From contig JBKECM010000109.1 of assembly GCA_047974615.1 (NCBI GenBank), positions 1-44,221 of the forward strand: DNA of 44,221 bases, written 5' to 3'. Every line of letters starts with the position of its first letter. Position 1 is the first letter of the stretch. A model generated the notes under the pieces. The model was not told where the DNA came from. It saw only the letters and a program-made list of their open reading frames with translations, and did not search any database. A program made the position numbers and the translations under genes. Positions 28,901 to 37,858 of the stretch are shown here, piece after piece. Source of the stretch: Lachnospirales bacterium (GTDB taxonomy: Bacteria > Bacillota > Clostridia > Lachnospirales > CAMZNU01).

Positions 28901-29478
28901 ACATTCTTGTATTTGATACTGAAGTTTATTCAAATACTGGTGGTCAAGCTTCTAAAGCATCTCCTACTGCTTCTGTTGCAAAATTTGCTGCTAGTGGTAA
29001 GCGTATACGTAAAAAAGACTTAGGTATGATTGCTATGTCCTATGGTTATGTATATGTTGCTCAAGTTGGTATGGGTGCAAATCAAAACCAATTAATTAAA
29101 GCTTTAGTTGAAGCTGAAAGCTATGATGGACCTTCTTTAATTATAGCTTATGCTCCTTGTATTAACCACGGTATCAAAGGTGGATTAATTTCTTCTACTA
29201 ATTCAGCTCAAGTTCAAACTAAAAAAGCTGTTGATTGTGGTTATTGGCATTTATATAGATTTAATCCTTTACTTGCTGAACAAGGACAAAATCCATTTAC
29301 ACTTGACTCAAAAGAACCTACAGCTTCTTTCCGTGAATTCTTAAAAACTGAAAGCCGTTATACATCACTTGAAGTAACTTTCCCTGATGTTGCAGAAGGT
29401 TTATTTGAAGCTGCTGAAGCTGATGCTAAAGTTCGTTATGCAAGCTACAAGCGTTTAGCTGCTGCTAAATACGAATAA
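25933..29478 (+). CDS. nifJ: pyruvate:ferredoxin (flavodoxin) oxidoreductase
   Basis: YPITPS, QSEAGAAG, two CxxCxxCxxxCP clusters, GACAGCGE, GGDGWAYDIG. Confidence 0.98.
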   Translation: MALIKKTFDGNTAAAYASYAFTEVAGIYPITPSSPMAEITDEWAANGLKNIFGQSVKVVELQSEAGAAGTVHGSLAAGALTTTYTASQGLLLMIPNLYKMAGELLPGVLHVSARTVAAHALSIFGDHGDVMAARQTGVAMLCSNSVQEVVDLGAVAHLATIKGRVPFIHFFDGFRTSHEIQKVECLEYSDLAELYDFEAANNFRRNALNPEHPVTRGTAQNPDIFFQARESSNKFYDELPAIVEDYMHKINSKTGRNYELFNYYGAQDADRVIIAMGSGCEAIEEVVDYLVAKGEKVGLLKVRLYRPFSLTHFLGAIPKTAKKLAVLDRTKEPGALGEPLYQDVCTAYTDIKEKPEIFAGRYGLSSKDFTPAQVVAVYENLKLTTPKNHFTVGIVDDVTNLSLPVGEEFNPVEDGTVSCKFWGLGADGTVGANKNSIKIIGDNTNYYSQAYFSYDSKKSGGVTQSHLRFGKNPIRSTYLVKTADFVACHNPSYVDKYDMISDLRVGGTFLLNCNWDESELESHLPADMLRQIVNKKINFYTIDATKIAREIGLGNRTNTVLQSAFFYLTNIIPYSEVVDHMKKAITKTYIKKGQNIVDMNCKAVDQGADALHKVEVKAEWVNAQDKDKVELYAKNPLENISYVSSILDPVNAQKGDFLPVSTFVGYEDGTVPNGTAAYEKRNIAVMVPKWDKSKCIQCNQCSYVCPHATIRPFLASDDEMKNAPAGYETIKGSKGYEDKNYRIQVDVLDCAGCGACAVQCPAKEKALVMEPTESQYGEMENWYFATKLSTKENPVNSETVKGSQFELPYLEFSGACAGCGETPYAKLVTQLFGDRMYIANATGCSSIWAGSAPATPYTKNENGHGPAWANSLFEDNAEFGLGMYTAVKHIRDGLVDRAQKLVDSNCCKDAAAAWIQSKDDSKLTKEVSKNFVDALKSCTNADNKETVKYLLDNSDQLTKKSQWIIGGDGWAYDIGFGGLDHVIASGENVNILVFDTEVYSNTGGQASKASPTASVAKFAASGKRIRKKDLGMIAMSYGYVYVAQVGMGANQNQLIKALVEAESYDGPSLIIAYAPCINHGIKGGLISSTNSAQVQTKKAVDCGYWHLYRFNPLLAEQGQNPFTLDSKEPTASFREFLKTESRYTSLEVTFPDVAEGLFEAAEADAKVRYASYKRLAAAKYE

Positions 29479-29508
29479 TAAAATATGTTGTAGTAATACA
29501 ATTTTCTT

Positions 29509-29545
29509 AAAAAACCCTGATATTAAATAGTATTGGGGTTTTTTT
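29509..29545 (+). terminator. intrinsic terminator after nifJ
   Basis: AAAAAACCCTGATA...TATTGGGGTTTTTTT. Confidence 0.8.
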
Positions 29546-29618
29546 AAGTTGGTAATATGTTGTAAAATGTAATTGGTAACGCCTAAAAAACTCCGTTTAT
29601 TTGTCGGAATGTATTGTT

Positions 29619-30008
29619 GAAGGTGCTGATAAAGTCAAAAAGAAAAAATTTATTGTAGTTGGAATGTAAACAAAAATAGTGAGAACGTATTTGCATATTT
29701 TTATTCAGTAAAAATATATGACGAGGGCTAATTTTTGTGTAGTAAAGAGGAGAATTTTCAATTAAAAAATGAAAATTTTTAAGCATCTTCAAAGAAGTGC
29801 GACCTTATGAACAAGCAAAACAACGATTTTGCGTTAAGTGAGTAAGGAAAAAGTCAAATGACCTTTCCTCAGTTACGGCTTTCGCTGTAACTTTCGGCAG
29901 ATTAGCCACCTAAGACTACGCTTAGTGGCGAGGCTAATCTGTACGATTGAAATTATCTTATTGAAAAACTCTCAAATTAATTTTTTTCTAACCTTTTTCA
30001 GCACCTTC
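29619..30008. mobile_element. long (390 bp) divergent MITE family A copy with a hairpin-rich interior; no TSD
   Basis: Ends GAAGGTGCTGATAAAG / CTTTTTCAGCACCTTC; shares AAAAATAGTGAGA and CGAG.GCTAATTTT blocks with the other copies. Confidence 0.8.
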
Positions 30009-30187
30009 CCAAATTAATCAATGATACCAATTTTAAATTCAAAAGTAGAAATTTTATTTAAGTTATGGTAAAGTCTAATTTAGATTACACTGACAAAAGG
30101 TAAGCACTAATATCTGTAATTAGTCAACTTAGAAGTGTTTCTGTGACAAAAGAACAAAAGAATGTTTGTAATTTCAATTATTTTGTA

Positions 30188-30216
30188 TTGATTTTTTAAC
30201 AAATTTGTAATATAAT
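30188..30216 (+). promoter_or_regulatory. sigma-A-like promoter for the GGDEF pair
   Basis: TTGATT-17 nt-TATAAT. Confidence 0.55.
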
Positions 30217-30244
30217 TGGTATATTAAGGTTTAGTGGGGTTTCT

Positions 30245-31327
30245 ATGATAACAAGAATTTATGACTATATTATTAAGTCATATATAGATAAATATGAAGA
30301 ATCTAAGATGATAAATATTTATTTAATTATTTTATTTATTGCAATAGAATTTTTATGGAATGTTTTTTATACAATTTTACTTGTTCAATTAAATATTTAT
30401 GATTTAGCAATGATTACTATATTTAATGTAATCGCGTTTATGTTAGGACTATACTTTGCTTTGTTTAAGCGGAAAATTGAAATTGTACATTATATTATTG
30501 TTATTGCAATTTGTACATATGTGTTTTTATGTACCTATCTTACTGGGTATGAGAAAAGTGCATATGCTATTTTGTTGCCATTATTTTTTTCATTACATAT
30601 TTTGTCTATTGTTGAAAAAAGACATTTTTGGTATTTAGTTGGTATTATTTCAATTACTCATTTTTTAGTTATTTTTTTAAGATATTTTGGTAACCCTATA
30701 CATGGGAATGAATATCAGTTTATAGAATGGATAAATATTGCTTTAGGTCTTTCTTCTATTGGTTTTATTATTTATGCAAAGGCATTAAGTGTTGAATTTT
30801 CAACGGTATATAAAAAAGCTAAAACAGAATATTTAGAAAAGAAAGTTAATACAGATTTTTTAACAGGTCTTTGGAACAGAAAATTCATGGAAAATTTGTT
30901 TTTAAAAGAACGTGTACATAAAGAATCATATTTGATTTTTTGTGACATTGATCATTTTAAAAAAGTAAATGATAATTATGGACATCTAGGTGGAGATTTT
31001 GTTTTAAAGGAAATATCTCAGCTTTTATCTAGTTATTTTAGAGAAGATGATTATGTAGCAAGATGGGGTGGGGAAGAATTTTTGATTTATGTTAAAAGCA
31101 TTAAATCCTTTGATATAATAAGTAAACTTGAGTCATTGCGTATTTTGATAGAAAATAAAAGTTTTATTTATGAAAATTTTGAAATTAAGGTTACTATGAC
31201 ATTTGGTGTTAAGTCATTTAGTGAAGAAGATGAAATGAAGAAAAGTATTGCTCTTGCCGATGAAGCGTTGTATTATGGCAAGGACAATGGTAGAAATAGA
31301 GTAATATATTATGAAGACATATATTAG
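30245..31327 (+). CDS. membrane-anchored diguanylate cyclase
   Basis: About 6 hydrophobic segments, then DFLTGLWNR, DIDHFKKVNDNYGH, REDD...RWGGEEF, ADEALY. Confidence 0.93.
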   Translation: MITRIYDYIIKSYIDKYEESKMINIYLIILFIAIEFLWNVFYTILLVQLNIYDLAMITIFNVIAFMLGLYFALFKRKIEIVHYIIVIAICTYVFLCTYLTGYEKSAYAILLPLFFSLHILSIVEKRHFWYLVGIISITHFLVIFLRYFGNPIHGNEYQFIEWINIALGLSSIGFIIYAKALSVEFSTVYKKAKTEYLEKKVNTDFLTGLWNRKFMENLFLKERVHKESYLIFCDIDHFKKVNDNYGHLGGDFVLKEISQLLSSYFREDDYVARWGGEEFLIYVKSIKSFDIISKLESLRILIENKSFIYENFEIKVTMTFGVKSFSEEDEMKKSIALADEALYYGKDNGRNRVIYYEDIY

Positions 31328-31338
31328 GAGAATAATTA

Positions 31339-32460
31339 ATGAATACTCTTTTTAAAAATTTTTTTAATAAAATTGAATATTTTTCTGATAAATATGATGA
31401 TGGTGCTAAAAAAATATTTTCTATTACTATGATTTATCTTGGTATTGCTCTTATAAATTTTTATTATTTTTTTGTGTATAGCTTAAACAACTGCGTTGAA
31501 ATGGCTACTTTCGCTTTTTCGGCAACTTTGTTAATATCTTATTCAATTTATCTTACTTTGTTTAAAGAAAAATATTTGCAAGGTCAGTACATAGTTACCA
31601 TTGTAGTTGCTTTTTATGTTTTAATTACCACAACTTTCTTAGGTGTGAATAAAGATGCTTATTTGGTGTTTTATCCATTGATTTTTGGCTTTTATTCTAT
31701 ATCACCAGTGGACAAGAAACATATCAATGCGTCAGCTTTGATTTGTGGAGCCTTTTTTATATTAACTATTTTTGTAACTTTAAATACAGAGGCACCTTAT
31801 GAACATATGTTTAGGCATGTAGAGTATGTTAATATACTGATGGCTATTGGGTGTACTTATTTTATTATTTTTACTGATGATATATCAAATAAGGTTTTAC
31901 AAACTGTACGTAATGAAGAATTTAATGAGCTTGAAAAAGCAGCTAATACAGATTTTTTAACTGGGCTTTACAATAAACGTTTTATAGAAGAAAAAATTGC
32001 TAGCAATGAAGTCTTTGAAAACTCTTTTATTTGTATGTGTGATATTGATTTTTTTAAAAAGGTTAATGATACATATGGACATGCTACAGGAGATTATGTT
32101 TTAAAAGAACTCGCAGATTTAATGAAAACATATTTTAGAGAATATGATTTAATCATTAGGTGGGGTGGAGAAGAGTTTATGATTATTGTTAAAGAAATAA
32201 AAGATGTTTATGTTTTACAAAAATTAGACAGTCTAAGAGAATATATAAAGTCAAAAGATTTTATATATGGTAAATATAAATTTAATGTTAGTATGACTTT
32301 TGGTGTAAAATTTTTAGATAATAATATTCATTTTGAAGAAAATGCAAAGCTTGCTGATTCGGCTTTGTATTATGGTAAAGAACATGGTCGAGATAGCGTA
32401 ATTTTTTATACAAAAAATGAAGAATATATTGATGCTAGAGATTATTCTAAAAAATTATAA
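31339..32460 (+). CDS. membrane-anchored diguanylate cyclase (paralog of the previous gene)
   Basis: DFLTGLYNK, DIDFFKKVNDTYGH, REYD...RWGGEEF, ADSALY. Confidence 0.93.
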   Translation: MNTLFKNFFNKIEYFSDKYDDGAKKIFSITMIYLGIALINFYYFFVYSLNNCVEMATFAFSATLLISYSIYLTLFKEKYLQGQYIVTIVVAFYVLITTTFLGVNKDAYLVFYPLIFGFYSISPVDKKHINASALICGAFFILTIFVTLNTEAPYEHMFRHVEYVNILMAIGCTYFIIFTDDISNKVLQTVRNEEFNELEKAANTDFLTGLYNKRFIEEKIASNEVFENSFICMCDIDFFKKVNDTYGHATGDYVLKELADLMKTYFREYDLIIRWGGEEFMIIVKEIKDVYVLQKLDSLREYIKSKDFIYGKYKFNVSMTFGVKFLDNNIHFEENAKLADSALYYGKEHGRDSVIFYTKNEEYIDARDYSKKL

Positions 32461-32553
32461 ATTCACAAATTTAGTAAATTTTTTGTTTATTTTATACATA
32501 ATTATTGAGGAATAAAAATAATGCGTTGCGTTTAATATTGCTTTGGAGGGATT

Positions 32554-33672
32554 ATGAACATATCAAAAAAAGAAGCAATAAGTTGGCTTAACTTTTTTTC
32601 AAACTTAGATGATGACGAAGAATTACTACGTGATCATGAAGAAATTTTACTTGCTACTTTTGAACAAATTGAAAAAGCTTGTGAATATAGATATCAAAAT
32701 TTAAAAGATGAAATTTCTGGACTTAAAAACTTGGCAAATCGTTCCTTTTATGTTGGGAATGATAAAAAATTTCCTAAAGGTTGTAAGTCTTGTCTAGTTG
32801 GTACAGGTTTATGTGCAATTAGAAAAACAAATCGATGTAATATTGTATGTAAATTTTGCTATAATTATGGTGAGCTTGATAGTCAACCTCCTATTGGTAG
32901 TGGTATGTGGGAGATAGGTGGCTCAAAATATTATGAAAAGGATTTGGAGCTGTTACTTGAGGTTCAAAAGAAACCTACAGGTGTCTGTTATGTATACCTT
33001 GAACCTTTTATGGAAATCGAAAAATATTATAATGTGATAAAAAAATTTAGCGAACATAATATTCATCAACATATGTATACGAACGGTACTTTAGTTACTG
33101 AAGAAAACCTAATTGAATTAAGTAAGGCAGGACTTGATGAACTGCGATTTAACCTAGGTGCCACAAATTGTTCAGATAAAGTTATTGAAAATATTGCCTT
33201 AGCTAAAAAACATATTAAATATGTTGGTATTGAAACACCTATGACACCAGACTTTTTTAAATCTTTTATGGAAAAAAAGGATAAAATCTTGAGTACCAAT
33301 TTAGACTTTATAAATTGCGCTGAATTACATCTTAACCCAAATAATATATATAATTATGAAGATGAAAGTATGTATATGTCAAGGCAAGGGTATATTTCAC
33401 CTATATGGAGCAGAGAACTTACCTTGAAGTTTATGAAGATTGCAGATGATGAAGGTTGGGATATTGTTGTGCATAAATGTTCAAATAACACAAAGTTTGC
33501 TAGAGGTTTAAATCAAGGAACGAAAGAAGGTAAACCTTTTGGATTTAATAATTATTTTAATGAATTTGAAAAAGTACCATATGAGTTTTTCTTAAATACT
33601 TTAAATGATGTTAATTTTAATTTTTTAGAAGAAGAACAATTACCGGATAGGTTTTATAATGGTGGATTTTAA
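32554..33672 (+). CDS. radical SAM protein of unknown function
   Basis: CNIVCKFC (CxxxCxxC), upstream GCKSC, EP, YTNG, GLDELRF. Confidence 0.9.
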   Translation: MNISKKEAISWLNFFSNLDDDEELLRDHEEILLATFEQIEKACEYRYQNLKDEISGLKNLANRSFYVGNDKKFPKGCKSCLVGTGLCAIRKTNRCNIVCKFCYNYGELDSQPPIGSGMWEIGGSKYYEKDLELLLEVQKKPTGVCYVYLEPFMEIEKYYNVIKKFSEHNIHQHMYTNGTLVTEENLIELSKAGLDELRFNLGATNCSDKVIENIALAKKHIKYVGIETPMTPDFFKSFMEKKDKILSTNLDFINCAELHLNPNNIYNYEDESMYMSRQGYISPIWSRELTLKFMKIADDEGWDIVVHKCSNNTKFARGLNQGTKEGKPFGFNNYFNEFEKVPYEFFLNTLNDVNFNFLEEEQLPDRFYNGGF

Positions 33673-33771
33673 TTAACAATAAATGGCGAATAAGTAGCAC
33701 TTACATACATAGAGTTATTATAATAATTTTTTACTAAATATATATTAAAATGTAAAAATGGGAGGGATACT

Positions 33772-34521
33772 ATGAGTGATGATTTTCCAGAAAAACTTGA
33801 TAATTTAATAAATAAACTTTCCGGTAAAATTCAAGTATATGTTAAGGATTTTAGAGAAAATAAGGTTATATACGAAAAAGACTCAGACCTTGTTATTGAC
33901 TGTTCAAATTTTTTAGCTTTACCAGTCTTATATGGTATTTTAGGAGGAATTGTAGACAAAAAGGTTAAACTTAAAGATTCATTTGATTTTAATCCTAAAA
34001 ATGCAAGGAATTTGTCATATATTGTAGAACTTGGAAAAACAACATACACAATAGAAGAACTTCTTGAAGCTATGTGCATTACTAATGATAAAAATGCTCA
34101 AGATTTATTACTTGAAAATGTAGGTGAAGGAGTTATTAATAAGTTTTTAGATGGATTTGGTATGGCAGAAATCGGTTCAAAATACGATGAAAATATACAA
34201 AATCTATGTAAATTATTTGAGTATGCATATAAGAGAAGAATGTTAACTCCTAGACTTTGTGATATGGGTATCAAGTATATGGAGAGAAATGTAGATAGAA
34301 GTGCAATAACTAGACAAATTATTGATAATATAGTTGTTTCACATATAGATGGTTGTAATAGGAAATCTGCTGGTTCTATTGGTATTTTTAAACTTGATAG
34401 TGTTGAATACCTTGTGGCAATTAATGTTTCAAATGTTGATGATACTATTACTGCTAGACGTATTATTGGTGCAATATCAAGATATATTTACGAAGATTTT
34501 AAATCAGATGAAATGGTTTAA
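33772..34521 (+). CDS. class A beta-lactamase-fold serine-hydrolase homolog with degenerate catalytic motifs
   Basis: Family-like segments (LPVL..., YTIEELLEAMC...DKNAQDLLLENVG, V.H..G), but SxxK, SDN and KTG are all absent. Confidence 0.65.
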   Translation: MSDDFPEKLDNLINKLSGKIQVYVKDFRENKVIYEKDSDLVIDCSNFLALPVLYGILGGIVDKKVKLKDSFDFNPKNARNLSYIVELGKTTYTIEELLEAMCITNDKNAQDLLLENVGEGVINKFLDGFGMAEIGSKYDENIQNLCKLFEYAYKRRMLTPRLCDMGIKYMERNVDRSAITRQIIDNIVVSHIDGCNRKSAGSIGIFKLDSVEYLVAINVSNVDDTITARRIIGAISRYIYEDFKSDEMV

Positions 34522-34558
34522 AAATTACTTTATACTTCTTTTAATAAATTTAATATTG

Positions 34559-34603
34559 TAATAAAAAAACTTGATTTGTTTTTTAAATCAAGTTTTTTTA
34601 TTA
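34559..34603. terminator. bidirectional intrinsic terminator
   Basis: TAATAAAAAAACTTGATTT / AAATCAAGTTTTTTTATTA between convergent genes. Confidence 0.85.
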
Positions 34604-34729
34604 GTGAAGCATATTTACATTAATGAAAAATTGAAAAAATAGTATTAATGTTTTCATATCCTCAATAAATTTGTTATATGCTTTTATAAATAGAAGTTTT
34701 ATAAGAATTTACAAGTTTAGTTAGGTGGT

Positions 34730-35098
34730 TTATGATTTCCAAAGACCATGCAAGTTGCAATATTCATAGGCAGTAACAGGATATTCATTTTTAGGTAATA
34801 AAAATTCGGCGACTGGTTCAGCTGTAAAATCAAGGTCAATTTTATGGAAGCCTTTGTTTGTTTCTAAAACTATCCATGCAATATGGTGTTCTTCAGTCAT
34901 TGGGTGAGGTACCGAGCCTACTTTCACTAAAATACTATCATTCATTTTTTCTATTACAGGGATATGTTTATCATATGCACCTTCAGTTGTGTTTGGAGTT
35001 AATTTACTCATTTTTTCACCACAACATGAAACAGGTACACCTTTGTTATTAAAAAAGTAAATAATATTTTTACAATGTGAACAATAATAAAATTCCAT
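34730..35098 (-). CDS. dfx: desulfoferrodoxin (2Fe superoxide reductase)
   Basis: CxxC...CCG desulforedoxin domain; KH, HPM..EH, CNLHGLW. Confidence 0.93.
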   Translation of the reverse strand: MEFYYCSHCKNIIYFFNNKGVPVSCCGEKMSKLTPNTTEGAYDKHIPVIEKMNDSILVKVGSVPHPMTEEHHIAWIVLETNKGFHKIDLDFTAEPVAEFLLPKNEYPVTAYEYCNLHGLWKS

Positions 35099-35114
35099 AT
35101 GTCCTCCTTTAATA

Positions 35115-35657
35115 CTAATAATTTTCTTTTCTTATTTCAAAATAGCTTTGAGGGTGTGTACATACAGGACAAACTTTTGGTGCTTCTAGTCCTACTACAA
35201 TGTGTCCACAATTTCTACATTCCCACATAGTAACACCGCTTTTATTAAATACTGTCATTTCATCTACATTATTTAATAACTTACGATAACGTTCTTCGTG
35301 ATGCTTTTCTATAGCACCAACCCCACGAAATTGAGCAGCTAAAGCTGTAAATCCTTCTTCTTCTGCTTCTTTTGCCATACGTTCATACATATCAGTCCAT
35401 TCAGCATTTTCTCCTTCAGCAGCATGAAGTAAGTTTTCCTTTGTATCTCCTACACCACCTAAAGCTTTAAACCAAAGTTTTGCATGTTCTTTTTCATTTT
35501 CAGCTGTTTCTAAAAAAAGAGCTGCTATTTGCTCGTAGCCAGCTTTTTTAGCTACTGAAGCAAAGTAAGTATACTTATTTCTAGCTTGTGATTCACCAGC
35601 AAAAGCCTCCCATAAGTTTTTTTCTGTTTTTGTGCCAGCATATTTGTTTTCTGCCAT
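35115..35657 (-). CDS. rbr: rubrerythrin
   Basis: [30 protein letters not shown]...CPVC. Confidence 0.95.
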   Translation of the reverse strand: MAENKYAGTKTEKNLWEAFAGESQARNKYTYFASVAKKAGYEQIAALFLETAENEKEHAKLWFKALGGVGDTKENLLHAAEGENAEWTDMYERMAKEAEEEGFTALAAQFRGVGAIEKHHEERYRKLLNNVDEMTVFNKSGVTMWECRNCGHIVVGLEAPKVCPVCTHPQSYFEIRKENY

Positions 35658-35785
35658 ATTTTACTCTCCCTTATAAATATATTTAATTACTAAAAATAAT
35701 ATAACATAAAATAAAAAATTATGCAATATTACAACTGTCATATTTTAGGATTACAATAATATAATTATATAATTGAGGTGAAAAA

Positions 35786-36238
35786 ATGAAAATAAATAGT
35801 GCATTTGTAATTTGTAACGCTTGTGTTTTTTTGCTTGTTTTCTTAGAAATATTTTTTAATAAAGCATTTAACAGTATATGGATAGTGGATATAATATTAA
35901 ATTATTATATTTTTTATTATGTTTTAATATATCCATTATTTTTTAACAAATGGTATAAGCTTTTTATATTATTTTTTCCTTTTTATTTGTTGTATTCTTT
36001 TAGTATTAAAATATATAAAGATTTTTTGCTATATGGTATTTTTTTTGGTATAGTTTATAATTTTATAAATATTTTGTTTTTTCAAATAAAAATTATTATA
36101 CTTTTAAATTTTATTTTAAAGTTTTATAATAAAGATATGAAAATAATGTATGTAAAAAAATATTTTATACGATATACTTTGATTACGTGCGTACTTTGTA
36201 TTTTAATTGATGTAATATATTTTTTTGTTAAACAGTAA
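35786..36238 (+). CDS. hypothetical multi-pass membrane protein
   Basis: GAGGTG SD before the ATG; about 5 hydrophobic segments; no recognised family. Confidence 0.6.
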   Translation: MKINSAFVICNACVFLLVFLEIFFNKAFNSIWIVDIILNYYIFYYVLIYPLFFNKWYKLFILFFPFYLLYSFSIKIYKDFLLYGIFFGIVYNFINILFFQIKIIILLNFILKFYNKDMKIMYVKKYFIRYTLITCVLCILIDVIYFFVKQ

Positions 36239-36394
36239 AGTTGTATTTAAGTGCTGAAATAACAAAGATAAACAATGCCTGTGAGTGATATGCAAATAGC
36301 GATTATTTTATGATAAAAAGCAAAAAAAATTTTTAAAAAATAATAGAATAATAAGAAACTACAAGTTAAAACTACAAGTTCTAATTAAAATGTA

Positions 36395-36423
36395 TTGACA
36401 TTAAAATGAAAGAATGATACACT
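36395..36423 (+). promoter_or_regulatory. sigma-A promoter for the SLH operon, preceded by a direct repeat
   Basis: TTGACA-17 nt-TACACT with extended TG; AAACTACAAGTT at 36356 and 36369. Confidence 0.7.
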
Positions 36424-36477
36424 GTATAGTATATGTGATAGTAATAATATTTTAACTTAAAAAACTTTGTAAATAAT

Positions 36478-36671
36478 GAGGGTGCTGATAAAGGATAGAA
36501 AAAAATATTACTGCACAAAAATTACGCTCGACTTGATGATTTGCTTTGCAAATCATCTTGCATGTCGCATAAAATTAGCACTCGTTCCTCACTGATTTTA
36601 TGCTATCTCACTATTTTTGTGCCATTGTCATTAGTAATATTTTTTTCTTATTTGACTTTTTCAGCACCCTA
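36478..36671. mobile_element. MITE family A copy (194 bp) with 9-bp TSD GTAAATAAT
   Basis: Ends GAGGGTGCTGATAAAG / CTTTTTCAGCACCCTA; GTAAATAAT at 36469-36477 and 36672-36680; opposite orientation to the 23886 copy. Confidence 0.9.
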
Positions 36672-36782
36672 GTAAATAATTAAATATTAAAAGACAATTA
36701 GTTGTAATTTTCATTTGTTTATATATACACATGTATATTAAAAAATAAAAGGATTTAAATTTTAGGGAACTTAGGAGGAAAA

Positions 36783-37844
36783 ATGAAAAGAAAAATTGGT
36801 TTATTTCTTGTAATGAGTATGATGTTAAGCTCAGCTGTTACAGTTAGTGCGGCTACTTTTAATGACACATCAGGACACTGGGCCGAAGCTGCCATTGATC
36901 AATGGTCAGATTATGGTGTTGTAAGTGGATATACTGATGGCACATTTAAACCTGCTGATAATATTACTAGAGCAGAAATAGCAGCATTAATTGACAAAAT
37001 GATGAAATATGAGTCAATAAGTGACAATTCTTTTGCAGACTTAAATGGTGATGAATGGTATGCAGAATGTTTGTTGAAAAATGTAGCTGCTGGCAATATT
37101 AGTGGTTATACTGACGGCACAATAGGAGCTACTAATAATGTTACACGTCAAGAAGTTGCATTAATTTTATGTAATGCCTTTAATATTGAAGGTGTTCCTG
37201 GTAATACTACTTTTGCTGACGATAGTGATATTCCTGATTGGTCAAAACCAAGCATCAATGCTTTACAAAGTGCTGGCTATATCAATGGTAGAGATGGTAA
37301 TTTATTTGTACCTTCTGAAATAATTACAAGAGCAGAAGTTGTATCTATGCTTGATAGTATAGTAAGTGAACTATATTACCAATCAGGTACATACTACAAT
37401 GTGACTGCTGGTAATGCTTTAGTAAATGCTGAAGATGTAGTTTTAAAAGACGCTAGAATACTTGGAAACCTTTACATTGCTGCTGGTGTTAAAAATGGAG
37501 TTACATTAGATAACTTTCTAGTTTCTGGTGAAACAATTAACGAAGGTGGAAATTCTGTAAACGTTTCAAATTCAAATGAAACACAAAATATAGAAACTGA
37601 ATCGTTAAACCCTATTTTTAAGCAAACAGATGATTATAGTATAACTTTAAGTTATATATTACCAGAAGCACCAATAACTGTAGTTGTAATTAAACCAGTT
37701 ACTGGTAAAGAGCCTATAACTGGATATACTGTTAGTGTTAATGGAGTTTCAACTTCAGCAGTTTTTAGAAGCGAACAAAATGACTATATTGCTACACTTG
37801 ATGGTACTTTTACAGTAAATCAACTAGCAATTACAGTAAACTAA
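36783..37844 (+). CDS. secreted S-layer homology (3x SLH) protein
   Basis: Signal peptide; FNDTSGHWA, GYTDGTFKP..ITRAE, VTRQE, ITRAE. Confidence 0.92.
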   Translation: MKRKIGLFLVMSMMLSSAVTVSAATFNDTSGHWAEAAIDQWSDYGVVSGYTDGTFKPADNITRAEIAALIDKMMKYESISDNSFADLNGDEWYAECLLKNVAAGNISGYTDGTIGATNNVTRQEVALILCNAFNIEGVPGNTTFADDSDIPDWSKPSINALQSAGYINGRDGNLFVPSEIITRAEVVSMLDSIVSELYYQSGTYYNVTAGNALVNAEDVVLKDARILGNLYIAAGVKNGVTLDNFLVSGETINEGGNSVNVSNSNETQNIETESLNPIFKQTDDYSITLSYILPEAPITVVVIKPVTGKEPITGYTVSVNGVSTSAVFRSEQNDYIATLDGTFTVNQLAITVN

Positions 37845-37858
37845 GGTGAGAGGTAACT

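Noticed and set aside
29583-29792. 69-aa ORF as a transposase remnant
   Set aside because: No DDE or HUH features; it crosses the element's terminal repeat
30060-30170. Possible c-di-GMP riboswitch upstream of the GGDEF genes
   Set aside because: No GEMM consensus, and it lies upstream of the predicted promoter. Only a repeated TGACAAAAG is seen.
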